The notes: a model not told the origin generated them from the sequence alone. 64,000 nucleotides of DNA from Azolla caroliniana (GCA_043228905.1 JBHGNT010000009.1:15810001-15874000), one strand, 5' to 3'; shown: positions 1 through 14,900, counted from the first letter of the stretch. Numbers and translations: made by a program.

Positions 1-3000
1 TTTTGTTGTTGAAGCTGTCGTATTATCCCTAAGAGCTTTAGCTTCTACCCACTTCGTGCAGTAGTCAGTGGCAACTATAATATAGCGATTGCATGTTCTT
101 ACTACTGCCGGTTTGAATGGGCCGACAAAATCCAAACCCCATTTCTGGAAAGGTTCAAGAGGTCACACAGGTTGAAACGACATCCTGTCCTTTTCTGTTG
201 GTTGTCCCATACGTTGGCATAAATCACATTTCCGACAATATTCGACTGCACCCTTCATCACTGTCGGCCACCATAAGCCACTGTTCCATATTTTTCTGGT
301 CGTGATTTCTCCAGCATAGTGCCCTCCTGCAATTCCATAGTGCGATTCCCGAAGAATGACCGATTTTTCAAATTGTCGTACTGCTCTTCTCCAAATACCA
401 TCTGCTCCTTTATGATACAAAGTGTCGTTCAAAAGACAAAAATTACGACTCCGTACCGCCAACCTTTTCCTTTCATCTGTCAATAGATGTTTGCGTGGTA
501 TCCCTATTGTAAGAAAGATTGTCATCTCTGAGATCCAAGCATCCTCACTTTCTTCGTTTATCTCCTGTGCATTTACTACTTCCACTCGAAAAAGTTGGGC
601 ATCCGGAAAATCATCTTTGACACCTGTGCCTTCTTCTCCTGACTCCAGTCGACTAAGATAATCGACCACTGCATGTTGTACTCTTGGCCGATGTAAAATG
701 TCGAATTTGAATTCTTGGAGTAGAAGAGTCCATCTTGCTAACTTACCAGTTAACTCTTGTTTTGAGACCAAATAAAGAAGAGCCGAATGATCAACATGAA
801 ATGTAAACTTTTTCCCCAAAAGATAGTGTCGAAATTTATTGACACTATAGATCATTCCTAAAGCTTCCCTCTCACTTGTAGAATAGTTTCTCTCCACTGT
901 CGAGAGTTTCCGACTAGCATAGTACACTGGCCTGTACCAATTTGGTTCGGTCAACTGCATTAATGCACTTCCGATTGCGATGTCCAATGCGTCGACAAAG
1001 ACATGGAATGGCTTATTCCAATTAGGTGGTTGAACCATTGGAACTTTGGACAACATTTTCTTGAGACAATCATATGCATCCTGTTCCACACTTGTCCACT
1101 GAAAAGGAACTTTGTGCACTGCTATATGTAAGGGAATGGCGATATCCACAAGATATCTTATCATTCTGTTGTGCCATCTAATCTGACCTAAAAACCGACT
1201 GAGAGCTTTAGCATTTGTGGGTGTCGGAGCTTCCAGTATGGCGTTAACCTTGTCTGTGTCCACTGCAATTCCTTTTTGACTGACAATATGGCCTAATAAT
1301 GTGCCACTAGTGACCCCAAATGCACATTTTGCCAGATTTAAACTAAGCCGACCTTTCCGACATTTCTCCAAACATAGTCATAAATGCTCAAAATGTTTGG
1401 TTTTCCGACTATAAACAGCAAAATCATCCAAAAAGACTTGCATAAATGCAAGAATGTAATCCCCAAATATTTCCTGTATCACTCTTTGGAATGTCGTCGG
1501 AGCGGTCTTCAAGCCAAACGTCATTACTACTGCTACAAACACTCCCCATTCTGTAACAAAAGCTGTCTTTTCTTGATCTTCTAGATTCATCCGAACCTGA
1601 TTATAACCACTAAAACCATCTAGGAAACTATAGACTTCATGACCAGCTACCGCATCCAATATACCATCCGTAAATGGTAATGGGAACGCATCCGTAATGG
1701 TAGCCGCATTCAATTTTCGATAGTCGACACATACCCGAATCTTGCCATTCTTTTTCGGAACTACTACGATTGGACTTAACCATGTCTATTTTTTCACCGG
1801 ACGAATAAACCCTACTTTCAAAAGTTTATCTATTTCTTCTTTTACTTTAATAGCATAATTAGGATTTAATCAGTACCTGCGTTGTTGAACTAGCTTTGCA
1901 TCCTTATGCAGGTTGATTTGATGTTGATAGAAAGCTAGGTCAAGTCCCTTCATATCTTCAATAGACCATGCAAAGACATCCATATATGGCGTCAAGGCTT
2001 GTAAAATATCCGCTTCGAACAAAGGAATGATTTTCGAATTATCATCAAAATACTGATTTTCTTCGACCTCGTCTAATCCTTCCATCATATTGACGGACTC
2101 AGCATGCACTGGCAAACATTGTTTGCTTGTCGTAACCTTGTTCTGTGTAGACACCCTGATTTTCGTTTTGCCTTTTCTAAATGTCAATTTATTCTAATTC
2201 CAATTCTGCTTGATGTTAGCAGTCTTTAACCATGGGCGACCTAATAGCAAGGGATATGCACCAGGAGCTTCCAAATGAAGTATTACTGCCGATATCAGAA
2301 AGCTATGACCACCCAACACCACCTCTAATTGTCGGAGTAAGCCAATTGGTCGTACCGTACTGGTATCTGCCATTCTTAGCCAAAATGGCCAAGCTTCCCA
2401 TTTAGTAATACCCAACCTATCACAAGTGGTTTTATTAATGACATTTACTCCTGAGCCACCATCGACAATCGCATTTTCGATTTCCTGACCATGAATTATT
2501 ACTTTAATCGATGGATTTTGCTCATCCATGATTGAAGGGTTGGTGCTCGGCTAACTATAGTGTACCGATACTTGTTCTGACCCTTTTTGGGCAATCAATG
2601 TCACCACCTTTTCGGTAAATCTAGGAACCAACTTAAGTAATCCAGTCAATGGTAGTGATACTTGGCAATCTGCCAATATCTTCCAAGTTTCCTCTTGTTC
2701 TGGTACAACAATAGCTCTTGGTAACTCGGTAGCTTGGGTAATTTCATTGTCTTGGAGCATCCGGTTTACATTATTTTGGTTTGCTTCTTCTACCCATTCC
2801 TTGGCTGCTTTTCGAACTGCTTCCTGAATCTCCCACTCAGATTGTTTACTTTTGCTTCTAGTGGTTACTTGTTGTATTTCCAGTACAACCATATTAACCG
2901 CCGGTCCGTTTCCTTTAGCAGGACACTAATTAGCATAATGACCAGTTTGACGGCAAATATAGCAAGTAGGAACAAACGTTCCACTTCCCTCGCCTTGCAT

Positions 3001-4406
3001 AAACTGACCAGAATTCTTGATTTTGTTGAAAATTATTTTGTTGAAAATCTTGATTGTGCTAAAAATTATTTTGTTGGAAATTAGTTTGTTGTTTTTGTGG
3101 AAAACTATTCTGTTGGTACCCATTATTGAACAAATTCTGGTTATTTTGGTACCTGTTTTCCGAAAAAAATTGTCTTACCGGAACCGTCGTCTTATTGAGC
3201 AAGTTACACTCACATTGCTCGACCGAATGAAGTTTAGAATGACATATTGTGCAGTGTGTTCGTAGACTACATTCGATTGCCGAATGACCAGTATTTAAAC
3301 AAGTAGTACACTAAACTACTTGTCAAAATTGTAACTCCATCGTTGGCAGTGTACGATTTAGTGTTGACATATCCATACTCCGTACATTAGCGATTGCCTT
3401 ATCAATCACTTGCTCGATATTCTGATTCCAGAAATCGAACACCTTCAGTGTTGTTCGTAATGGTTCACAAATTGCTTCAAGGAATACATCCTTCAATTCA
3501 TTGTCCGGAATAGGCCTAGAAATTTGAAGTTGTAAATTCTGAAAACGGATCACGAATTGAGACACCGTTTCATGTTGCTCCTGATACAACGCATAAAATT
3601 GCGCTATCAAATCCTTTTGAGGTATTGACGATGAAATAACTGTAGAAATTTGTTGGTCAATTGTTTGAATGTTTCGAATCCACGAAGACCATTTTGCGCA
3701 AACCAATTAGCGGAATAACTCCAATGACAACACGAACTCAGCAATCTTAGACTTATCTTTGGCTGCTGCCGACAGTCTTTGAGCTCCATGGTTAATCTCC
3801 CATGTTGTCAGGAAATCCCTCACATGCGCTTCTGCATCAGCTCCCTCACGGAACTTAGAATACGGGTAAGGCATATTGTCCTCACTCCAGATATCGTAAA
3901 ATGATACCTCTTCCGACTGATTTTCGTCCGAAGACTGGCTATCAGTTAAATCAAGCAGTACATACCACCTTCTAATTGTTTCCGGTTGTAATTCTTCAGC
4001 CAATTCTGTCTCTAGCGCCTTCGTAACAGAACGCATACGAGGACGTTTACAACCGACTGGTGTATCGGGATCAAACGACATCCATTCGTCTTGTTCTCTA
4101 CCATGTGCAAATGTAACCCGACGTACCAAAATTATACTGTGTTGTTCAGTCGACAATTACTACTTGCCGATACAGTATAGGACGAACATCCGTACCGAAC
4201 GTTCTATCAAGAAGTATGGTTTAGACGAATAGATACGAATTAGTTGTAAACTTATCGGTGATAACAGACACCGAGATCGTGACTTATGTAATATAGCTTA
4301 GACAGAATGAAATAGATAGCAAGAGCAATTCGTACACAGAGGTTTCCTAACTAAACTTTATATTACTAAATACAACGATAGATTTATAAGCCTAACCAAT
4401 TCTACA
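1..4406 (-). mobile_element. Decayed non-chromovirus Ty3/gypsy LTR retrotransposon (gag-PR-RT-RH-IN; runs off the left edge)
   Basis: Fragmented ORFs in gypsy order: gag (4156..3323, CCHC knuckle CYICRQTGHYAN near 2940), protease IVDGGSG (2529..2194), RT VFLDDFAVY (1713..1378), RNase H and integrase Zn finger (1371..163). Many stops and frameshifts. Homologous to the element at 33826-49107. The LTR boundary near 4130-4406 is uncertain. Confidence 0.9.
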
Positions 4407-5753
4407 TGGAGGGGGATGTCTAGGGCTTATAAATGTTTGGGAATCAAGGAAAGCGTGTACAATTTTTGGCATCAAATGATAGTTCCAGTGGCTTTTCCTT
4501 AATGGGTATCAAGGAAATCTGCAGAGTTTTAGGAATGAAATGACAGTTGCATTGGGCTTTCCTGGATGGAAATAAAATAAAACCATATACAAATTTGTGC
4601 ATCAAATTGTAGTTGCATTGTTTTTCCTTGAGCATCATTCAAACAACCAACCGAACTGCCCCAACTAAGAAAAATCAATTGATCATTTTCCATTCTTTTT
4701 CAGGTCTCTGATTCAGCATCCTTCCTTTTCTGCATTGTAGAATAATGAAAAGTGAAAACGAAAAATCCAAAATTCCCTTTTTTTAATTAGATTTTTTAGA
4801 TACTGAAGAACTCCAATTTGGTTTCTGGGTGATGGGTTTCTCGCCATCATCTTGTGCTGGAGTTTTTCTGCTATCGTCGTATGATGAGGTTTAAAAGAGA
4901 CCATCCTTCTGATGGTTTCTCAGCACCATTTTGTGACGGATTGATCACTAAGATATATCACCATTAGTGATGTGGTTTCACCATTTTCTGATGGATTCTC
5001 AACATTTCTTCAATTCAAGCTTGCCTCAAGCTTGGTAATCCTTTGATTGCTGAGCATTTTCCAATAATTGCATTCCAGCAAGACATCCAAAACCACCAAG
5101 ATGCCTTCTAGGTGACATTAGAAACTGACCTAAACACTACAATACATGCCACATTGGAGGAATTTACAAACTTAGAAGGTGACCAAATCAACTAGGAATT
5201 TTTATTCAATAACATGTTACCTATTTAGCATTCATATCAAGGTCATCAAACAGTTTGAAACCACAAAACAGCTACAATTATCAAGATTGGGTGGATTCAT
5301 ATTTCAACCATCCAACTGTATAAGAATGAATAGTTTGCACATCCCGTCCGTAATACAAGATTGGTCTTCTTATCATGAGTTAGCTAAACTTTCATGATTT
5401 GAGAATACATGGGTCAAGAAAAAGAATGTTTTCCTAGGGCACATTTTTGATATATTTTAGATAATAAATAAATGAATAGAACATAGATGATATATATTGA
5501 AGACAGCAGCATGTGAGGATTATATGAGTACGCTGGGGATTTAAATGAATAGACTTTTTTCAATTTACACATTTCTCAGAAAGTAAATTTATCACATGTT
5601 ATATATCTTTGATACCAATCTACAAGAAGGCGATAGAGAAAGAGAGTGAGACAGAGGTAGGCATAGAGAAGCCTTCGCATTGAATTTGAAAGGTAGTATC
5701 AAATTTGATTGAATTTCTTTAGCCGCCTCATTCAGAAGAACGTCATGAAGATC

Positions 5754-5849
5754 CTGCAACTCATAAAACTTCACAAGTAAGCAATGGATTGATGATCATC
5801 CTTATTCTTGCTTTGCATGTTCTTTAGAAGGTTAATTGACGTGTCTTAC
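5754..5849 (-). other. Putative 96-nt 3' UTR intron of PEX16
   Basis: Consensus donor AAG|GTAAGA 25 nt after the stop and acceptor TTGCAG|G with a U-rich interior. Confidence 0.55.
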
Positions 5850-5874
5850 CTTTGCACCTATATTGAAGTTCAAA

Positions 5875-5936
5875 CTATGAGCCAGAGGTATAACAATAAC
5901 GAGATTGGACATCGGTAAGAAAATCTATAACCTTGC
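5875..5936 (-). CDS. PEX16: PEX16 exon 8 (last coding exon)
   Basis: TTTCAG|GC, GKVIDFLTDVQSRYCYTSGS*, TAG at 5877-5875. Confidence 0.92.
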
Positions 5937-8900
5937 CTGAAAATGAAGCCACCAAATGCATTCAACTCTCAGTTTATACATTCATAATATCTTGCAATTA
6001 TCAAAACAGATTTCCATTTCACCTCCCAAAGTTCCAATCAGAGGCACTGGCTTGAGGGTCCTTTCAAATCCATCAAGATATCGTCTGTGCAACACACAAC
6101 ACTTCAAAACCCCTTCAAGGAATGTGAAAACAAATGCTAGTTCTCAAAGACAATATCTAGAATACACTTTAAAAGAAAACTTCAAAGAATAAGGAAAAAC
6201 TAGAGTTACCTCGTATAACTCCTGAAGAATGGATCCCTTGTGACATACAAAAGCAAAAGTACTTGCCTTCTTTTAAACTGCAAGACACAACAGTGATTAT
6301 AACGTGTTAAAACTCAATTTTGTACGTAGTTCTAATTTGGTATCAACACTCTTTCTTTTTAATGGCAGTGATTTACAATCACTCTTTCATAACAACTTAA
6401 TGAGCTTTTTCATATGGTATCTACATAGTCTCTCTTAAATGGCAATGATGACAAATATCCTTTCCACAACAACTTAATGAACTTTTTCATGTAAGTTCTT
6501 ATTCATCATTTATATACTGTTTAATTCTTAGAAAACTTTCTCAGTCATAAGTCACACGAGTTGAGTTAGCTCTAAATACACTAACCTTGATGCAATCAGA
6601 GGTACAAGAGGTTTGGGAAACAGGGAATAAGGATATATTTGACATCTTGAAGAGACTGGAATGGCCTATGAGGCCCAAGAAGAGAATATATTAAATTACA
6701 CATCTAATGAAAGGATCTTTGAGGAACAGATATATATTTTACATGACCCGACAATACAATAATATGAGCTCAGGTGACCAAACTACTTGCTAAATTTTCC
6801 AACATCAGCTGGTCTCAAATAGAGAGAGCTCTTGGAACCAAGGAAATCTCTTTGTGGTGTTGTCTTGAATTGAATTCAAGATCACTAGAAGAATTGAAAT
6901 CTGAATCAAGCTTCAGTCGCTGGAACTTGATCAGAGTTTGCCCAGAGTGATATTTTGGTCCCCCAAAGGGAACAACAAGATGAACCAGTCCTGCAATGAT
7001 TACCCTGTGGGTGATAGCTCAACTATCTATACTTCAACCACTAGACTGAGAGGACATCCAGATCACATTGGAAAGCCATCTGATTAATTTTGTTGAGCCA
7101 CTAGTAGGGCTGAATTGTGGTTTTTTCATGCAATGTTCAAGGCTCTAGATTGTGTTTCAATAATCGGTATGTCTCCATAGGAGCTGAAAGACAGTTTCTT
7201 CACCCAAGGGGTCATGCCGGTGAATCTTTACAGGAGTTTGAAATTATAGTATATGAGCAGCCATCCAGAGGCTGACTGTAGAAAATGCAGGATGGCAGCA
7301 TAGTGAACCTAATTAAGTGACCATTGGGTTTCCAGCTATGAAATCAGAACTCGAGTCCATCTACAAGAACAACACTTGGTGGCAATTGCTTTTCTACCTT
7401 TAGGTAGATCACATAACTCCCAAGTGTTGTTCTTGTAGATGGACTCGAGTTCTGATTTCATGGTTTCAACCCAATGGTCACATGCTAATGCATCCGCAAA
7501 AGAGAGTGGCTCTTCATCACAGAAATTTCAGCAATAACAGCATGATGCAAAAAATGCAGTTCAGCTTGCTAATTGGTTGACCGGGTTTTGCCTCGAAGAG
7601 GAGATGTGAGTTTGCTGTCCATAGTGGTGTTAAACAGCCATTTAGTCATTAGGGACTGTTCTTGCTTGCTTAGAAGAGGCTTGTTCTCCCTCCAATTCCA
7701 TGTCAACATCATGTTGATTAATGACCTGTAAATCAGCATTATTCTCAATAATGTTTGGTTGCTCATTTCAACCACATTCGGCATTGCAAGCAATCAATTT
7801 GAGCATCGTTTGGCTGCTCTACATCTCTGTTTGGAGCATGCTGTTGCTGACGCAAAACCTGCACATTACCTCCATGAGGTTGGGTTAGTCGATCACCTTA
7901 GCAAAGTGTAAGAATTCTTTGAAGCATGAAAAGACATTGGATTTCTCCTTTAAAGGATATACCCAAGTGTGTTTGGTAGCATCATCAATGAATGTAGGAA
8001 AATAAAGATAACCTCCAGTTGATGATGTCTTTCTCATTGGGCCCCATACATCACTATGTACAAGTTGAAGCTTGTGTGTTGCCAAAACATTTGCAAATTT
8101 TGGAAATGAAAACCTGTGCATCTTTCCTAGAATACAGCCCTCACAAACATGGATATATGGCATATGAATGGAAGGAAGATTGCATAACATATCATGCTTA
8201 CTAAGCTGTGCAAGTCTGCTGAAATATAAATCGCAGAACCGAGTATGCCATAGTTCGGAATTCCTTTGTGTTTGGGCATCCACCGCTAATGCATTTTGGT
8301 CATCAAATTTCTGATATATTGCAAAAGTTTTTTGAACAAACTACCCATTATGCCAATGATATCACCATTTGTATGATCAGGTATTGTGCATTTGTCATAG
8401 ATAAACTGGACAGGATATCCATGCATAACAATGGTGGAACCGAACGAAGATTTTTTTATGCCAAGGACAGAGAAGATTATTCAAGGTGACTACATTCCCA
8501 TTGACGGCTGTAAGATGAACTTGACCAATGCCTTTGATGATGTAAGAAACATTATTGGCACAAGCAACTGTGCATGCTTTATGACAAGCATCTTCAAGTG
8601 TGATAGAAACTTTTGCAAGAAATTATGTATTTAGAAGCACTGTTATCAAAATACCAAACATCCTTAGACTCACTTACTGATAAAAACATACGTCATCCTT
8701 TGAGGGATCATACATTCTATATATGGTGAATGCCCACTCATGTTGAGCAATACTAAGACCGGCTTGTTTTTTCTTCTCTTCACTAGCTTTCTTCTTTGTA
8801 TACACACACACACACATACAATGAATCAAGTTCACTTGACTTTAAGTTGCCAAGTCTGCAGTTGAACACATTTCAACATTCAATGGTCTACTCAATCAAC

Positions 8901-11900
8901 TTCAAAATATGGGATTGCAAATATTTGACAACAAAATGAAGTCAAACTTCTTACTCACGACATTGCTTGAAATATGGGAGGGCTCTTGTAGTCTCATTCT
9001 CAAATAGTGCAAGACTTAAACGTTTGAAGGAGTTAAATGAGCAATCCTTGCTGAAGAAATTTATCGAAAAGAAAGGGGAGTCTTCTAGTTCTATCAATAT
9101 AACAAAGAGCGAGAGCTGCAACAAAGAATGCATCAGTGGAAAGGTCTAGAAGCAAAAGCAAGAGGAAAGAAATGACTTGCGTTAAATGTGGCCATAAAAG
9201 GCATAAAAAGCCTGATTGTAGATTTTACAAACAAGAACTTGAAAGAAAGAAGAAGAATCATAAAGATACAACAGAAAAGAGATATGATGTGGACAACAAC
9301 AAAGGTAAAGAGAGGGAGAAGGAAAATGTAGCCTCTAGAGCCACCATTTAGGAGATTGTTGACACTAAGGACATATTGTGCACTGCAAATACTAATACAA
9401 CTTTACTAAATGCATTGTTAATGATACAAGATTCTGTTATTCAAACATGGATAATTGACTCTAGTGCCTCCTTTCATTGCACTCCTAGGATTCATTTTTA
9501 GCAACTAACTTCGAGAAGGTTTGCCTTGGCAATAACCATGCTTGCAACATCAAAGAACTTGGTGTTGTTAGAGTGATGATGGAGAATGATCAAGAGCTGA
9601 CATTAGACCGACCTCATTTTGTTCTAGGGATAAAGAAGTGCGTGTTTTCTGTGGGACGGCTTGATTTATATGGCAATTCCACAATCTTCACAAGTGGAGC
9701 ATGAAAGTTTGTATGTGCGACAAAACTCATTGCCCAGGCAGCCAAAAGGTATACTCTATTGCCTCTCAAGTCAAGCTTTTCGTGGTCAATTCATTGTAGT
9801 TGTAAATGTCATGATTGCAAGAGAGAGAGAGACACACAAAATATAATAGAGCAGAAATATATTATAAAAAAGACGAGTACAAAAGATAAAAAATAGGTTT
9901 TAGGAGTATCCCTGGATTTTCTAGAAGGTTCTACCGTATCGAATATTCATGAATTTCCTAAATTATTCCGGAAAGTTCTAGGACCTAGCTAAAATATACG
10001 ATGAAAATTATATAACACATTATAATAAGTATCCAATGGTATGGCTTTGACACAACCCTTGACAACAATCATCTAGAGTTCAAGATGTTTTATTCTCAAA
10101 ACAAATAATTCCACCATTTGCCCAAAGACCGACTAGTTCTCAAGGTTTTGGATTATTGTCTCATTCCACATCTCATGAATTGAACACTGTAAAGAATCGG
10201 GTATGATTCTTGTGCAGCGGAAGAGATATGTGTTATGTGTATGTGTGAGAGGAAATAGAGGAGAGAAGAGAAAACACAAGATAGATAGATAAGAATACAA
10301 TGAAGTACTCAAGAAGAAGATGTATATTCACAAGTAGAATAAGAGATACAAAAATGTAGCATTACAAGGAAGCACAACTGACTTAATATGAAGTATGAGG
10401 AGGGTGCTTTATATATAGTCGCCCTCTCTCTTCATTAACTAACTATAACAACCACTCTCTCTTAGGGAATGTGAAGACTCATAGTAATGGGGAATATGTA
10501 ACTCATTAGTTATGTGTCATAGAATCATATTCTATGACACATAGTTAATGTGCAGAGAGATAGTAGTGTGACTCTTGACCTTTGAGTAATCATAGACTCT
10601 CAAAAGGTGTGTTCACAAGGTGCACTATGTTCAGCTTGATTCTCAACATGCCCCCTCAAGCTCAATCGGGTCAGTTCCTTCCGATTGATGTCCGCTTCGG
10701 CTGGTATCTAGTTTGGACAATCTCCGGTGTCTGCTTCCGCTCGTACCTGGTTCGGACGGTATCCGGTTCTCGCTTGTACTCCCCCTCAAACTTGGCAAGT
10801 CAAGGATCATCAATCCCAGTTCTGACATGAATTGCCGAAGCTTGTCGGCTCCTATGGCCTTGGTGAAGATGTCGTTTGTTTGAAGATTCGTGTTGATGTG
10901 TAGAAGATCGACATCTCCGGTCTGAACACACTCTCGAATGAAGTGGTAGTGCACTTCGATATGCTTTGTGCATGTGTGGAACACCGGGTTCCGAGCCAGA
11001 TATATATTGCTCATGTTGTCGTAGTAAATGGGAGTCGGATCCTTGATGAGAACACCCAAATCCTTCAAAATCCTCTTGAGCCATACGGCTTCATATGCAG
11101 CTACGGTTGTGCCCCTGTATTTGGCCTCCATACTCCAAAGTGCAATGGTAGGCTGCTTCGTAGTACTCCAAGATATTGCTCCGCTACCGAGCAAGAAGAC
11201 AAATCCGGAGGTTGATCGTCGATCAGCTCTGTAGCCGGCCCAGTCGGCATCCGTGTACTCTTCGAGTCGAATTGGTGTGGCCGATGCGTAGAGGATGCCA
11301 TAATCCATTGTGCCACTCACATATCGTAATACTCACTTAGCACAATCGAAATGGATATCTCGCGAAGTTTGCATGAATTGGTTAAGAAGGCCAATCGGAT
11401 AGTTGAGGTCGGGTCGAGTGATCGTGAGACAGATGAGGCTCACGATCAGTTGTCGATATTGAGTCAGCTCACACTCGTCTGTGCCGGAGTCGGCATCTAG
11501 TTTGAGGTTTCGATCGAGAGGGGTTGCCACAGATTTGCACTCAGCCATCCCGAACTTGTATAGCAAGTCCAACATGTAGTGCCGTTGAGAGATCACAATG
11601 CCGGTCAGAATCCGAATTACTTCGATTCCAAGGAAGTAATGGATCTCCTTCATGTCCGTCATCTCAAATTTGCCGGAGAGGAGGGACTTGACCTTGTTGA
11701 TGTCGACTAAATGCTTACCTCCAATAACCAGATCATCCACGTATAGGATGATGACAATCGAGCTTCTAGAGTCGTTTCATACGTAGAGGGAGTTGTCAGA
11801 TTTCGACATTCGAAAGCCGATTTGATGAAGATATTGTGTAATCTTCGAATGCCAAGCATGCGGTGCTTGCTTAAGGCTGTAGAGTAGCTTCTTGAGTCGA

Positions 11901-14900
11901 CACACGGCTTTCAGATGAGTACGCGATTCGAAGCCGGGTGGTTGTACCATGCACACCTCCTCTTCTAATTCGCCTTGAAGAAAAGCGTTCTTGACATCCA
12001 TTAGGTGGAGGTGCCACCCTTTCGTCGTTGCGAGTGCGATCATGGTCCGCACAGTCGTCATCTTTGCCACCGGGGCAAATATCTCTTCGCAGTCGACTCC
12101 ATGCGTCCGTGCGTATCCTTTTGTTACGAGTCGAGCGGAGCCTTCGGCGTTATACTTCACCTTGTAGATCCATCTGCAGCCAATTGCCTTCTTGTGCGGT
12201 GACTGGGGGACGAGATCCCATGTCTCGTTCTTGCATAGTGCACGCATCTGCTCGTTCATTGCTTCGATCCATCGTGGGTCCTTCGCAGCTTCAGAAAAGG
12301 TTTCCGGCACCCGTACTGTTGCTGCCTTCATCATAAAGGCGTAATGGTACGCCATATAATTGTTGTAGCCGAATCAGCTTACGGGGTTCTTTTCACGGGT
12401 GGATTGGCAGAGCTTCTCGTTTGCGGATACTAAGGCTTTCTTCGCTCCATTTGTCCGGATGTCAAGGCCTTTGAACTCACTATCGAGGGAGTGAGTCAAT
12501 TCGTTGTCGTCGAAGTGATCGTCTTCATACTCCGGCATTTTCACCTTCCCTTTGTCCAGCTTCGGACTCGACCAAGAGATGTGCTTTGATCACTCAGAGG
12601 CTCTTGTGGCCCTCTAAGCCTTATCATAATCGGGCTTTCTTCGTACATGCACGTGAGCCGATCTTCGGCTTCTATCTCTATTTCGGGGGATTCCGGGTTG
12701 GGCGGACTCAGAGTCGAAGTTGTCCCTAGTGCGTACCAAGATGCGGACTCGTCGAAAACGACGTCTCGACTTACTTGACCCTTCCGAGTAGAGGGGTTAT
12801 AGCAATTATACCCCTTTTGCTCCAATGAGTATCCTACAAGGATACATTTCTCCGACTTCTGTGCACGTATGGAATGGAGCGGAATATCCGAACATGTGAT
12901 AGATCCGGCTTCTTTCCGAAAAAATTCTCGTGCGGAGTAAGTTCGTGCACACCCGATGTCGTACACCGATTCATGAGGTATACAGCCATGTTAGCCGCTT
13001 CTGCCCAATACGATTTTGGTAGATGCTTTTCGTTCATCATGGCCCGTGCTACTTCCAGGATGTGCCAATTCTTTCGTTCGGCGACTCCGTTTTGTTGTGG
13101 CATATGTCGACACGAAAACTCTCGTCGAATTCTTTCTTTCCGTAGAAAAGCCAAAAATTCATCAAAGAAGTACTCCTTGACTCCATCCGACCGAAGACAT
13201 CGTACATGTCGGCCCGTGGCTTTCTCGACATCATTCTTAAATTTTTGGAAGTGCCCGAACACTTCGCTCTTTTGCCGCATGGGGTAGATCCAGGTGTGCC
13301 TGGAGAAGTTGTTGATGGAGGCCACGTAGTATCGGCATCCGCCGAATGTAGCCGTATGAGCCGGACCCCATACATCGGAATGAATTACGTCGAATACGTC
13401 TTCTGCTCATTCAGAAATGGGTGTCGATGTTGCTTGCCGAATTGTGGAAGCCGACTCGCATATCTTCTTACGGCACTCTTCTTCGTGGTGACTGATTTTT
13501 CCGCAATATCCGCATTCGACCAAGTTTTGTCCGCTTGGACCGAAACACAAGCTCCTCCTTCCTTGATGGCTTCCGTCTTGATGCCGAAATTGCGAGTTGT
13601 TTTCGTAATTCTGGACTCGTTCACCTCGTCCTTGGCCGAATCGGCCTCTTCTTGCATGGCCACGTCCTCTTCCTCCGTCCGAGTGTGAGTAAAGCATGTG
13701 GCCTTCCGAGGTGTTGCTCCTTGTTCGAACATGGTTTTCTTCGACCAACAACATGGATTGAAGATCGAAGGAGGGTGGATTCTCCTGTGCTAACACGACG
13801 GTCCTCATCACACCAAACCATGGTGCAAGGCCGCCGAGGCATATTTGCACCATCTCATCATCGTCCACATTGACGCTTATCGAGCCGAGAGAGTCGCAAA
13901 GCTCCTTGATCGTCAAGGTGTAGCTCGTGATGGACATATCCCTTTGTTAGATGTTGTTCAACTCTTGGCAGAGTTGAAGCTTTCTCGCCGTTGTGTTGGC
14001 GGCGAAAATCTTTTGTAGATTCTCCCACGCTTTCTTTGGCGTCTCGAGTTCTCAAATGTACCCGAGCATGTGGTCATGAACACATGTCACCAAGCAATAC
14101 ATCACTCGGCTTGCCGCTTGCTCCCATGTTGCATCGTCGGCGTCTTTCAAGTCGGGTCGGTTTTCTTGTGCTCCTTTGATGTAACCCCAATAGCCTTGGC
14201 CGACAAGGTATTGGTGCATCTTGTACTCCCAAGATGCAAAGTTGTTTCGATCTAGCTTCTCGTTAGGGAGAACGCTCCCCATTTGAGTATTCATTGTCGA
14301 TGAAGATTTCTTCCTTCTTTTCTTTTTCTTCTCTCTTGAATACGAGCTATGTAGTCGCACTACGATAGCGATGGACCAGTTCCTCTCGAATGTCGGCATA
14401 GAATACAACACACGCGGATGGGCTAGATCGAGCTACCAAACCGCTATGATACCATGTAAAGAATCGGGTATGATTCTTGTGCAGCAGAAGAGATATGTGT
14501 TATGTGTATGTGTGAGAGGAAATAGAGGAGAGAAGAGAAAACACAAGATAGATAGATAAGAACACAATGAAATACTCAAGAAGAAGATGTATATTCACAA
14601 GTAGAATAAGAGATACAAAAATGTAGCATTACATGGAGTCACAACCGACTTAATATGAAGTATGAGGAGGGTGCTTTATATATAGTCACCCTCTCTCTTC
14701 ATTAACTACAACAACCACTCTCTCTTGGGGAATGTGAAGACTCATAGTCATGGGGAATATGTAACTCATTAGTTATGTCTCGTTTGGGTTACTTACCATG
14801 TCTTCGTTATGCTGATTTTGAACATTGTAATCATTGCATTTATGGTAAACATGTACAAACTTCTCATAAAAAGTCTCTTTTGTTGAAGTCGTCCCTGCTT

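Noticed and set aside
4407-5150. Plus-strand LTR remnant after GGAGGGGGA-TG
   Set aside because: A PPT-like run followed by TG is suggestive, but there is no second copy, 3' end or coding remnant in the window.
6600-7300. Possible coding remnant in intron 5
   Set aside because: No ORF in the track and no motif I could recognise in any frame.
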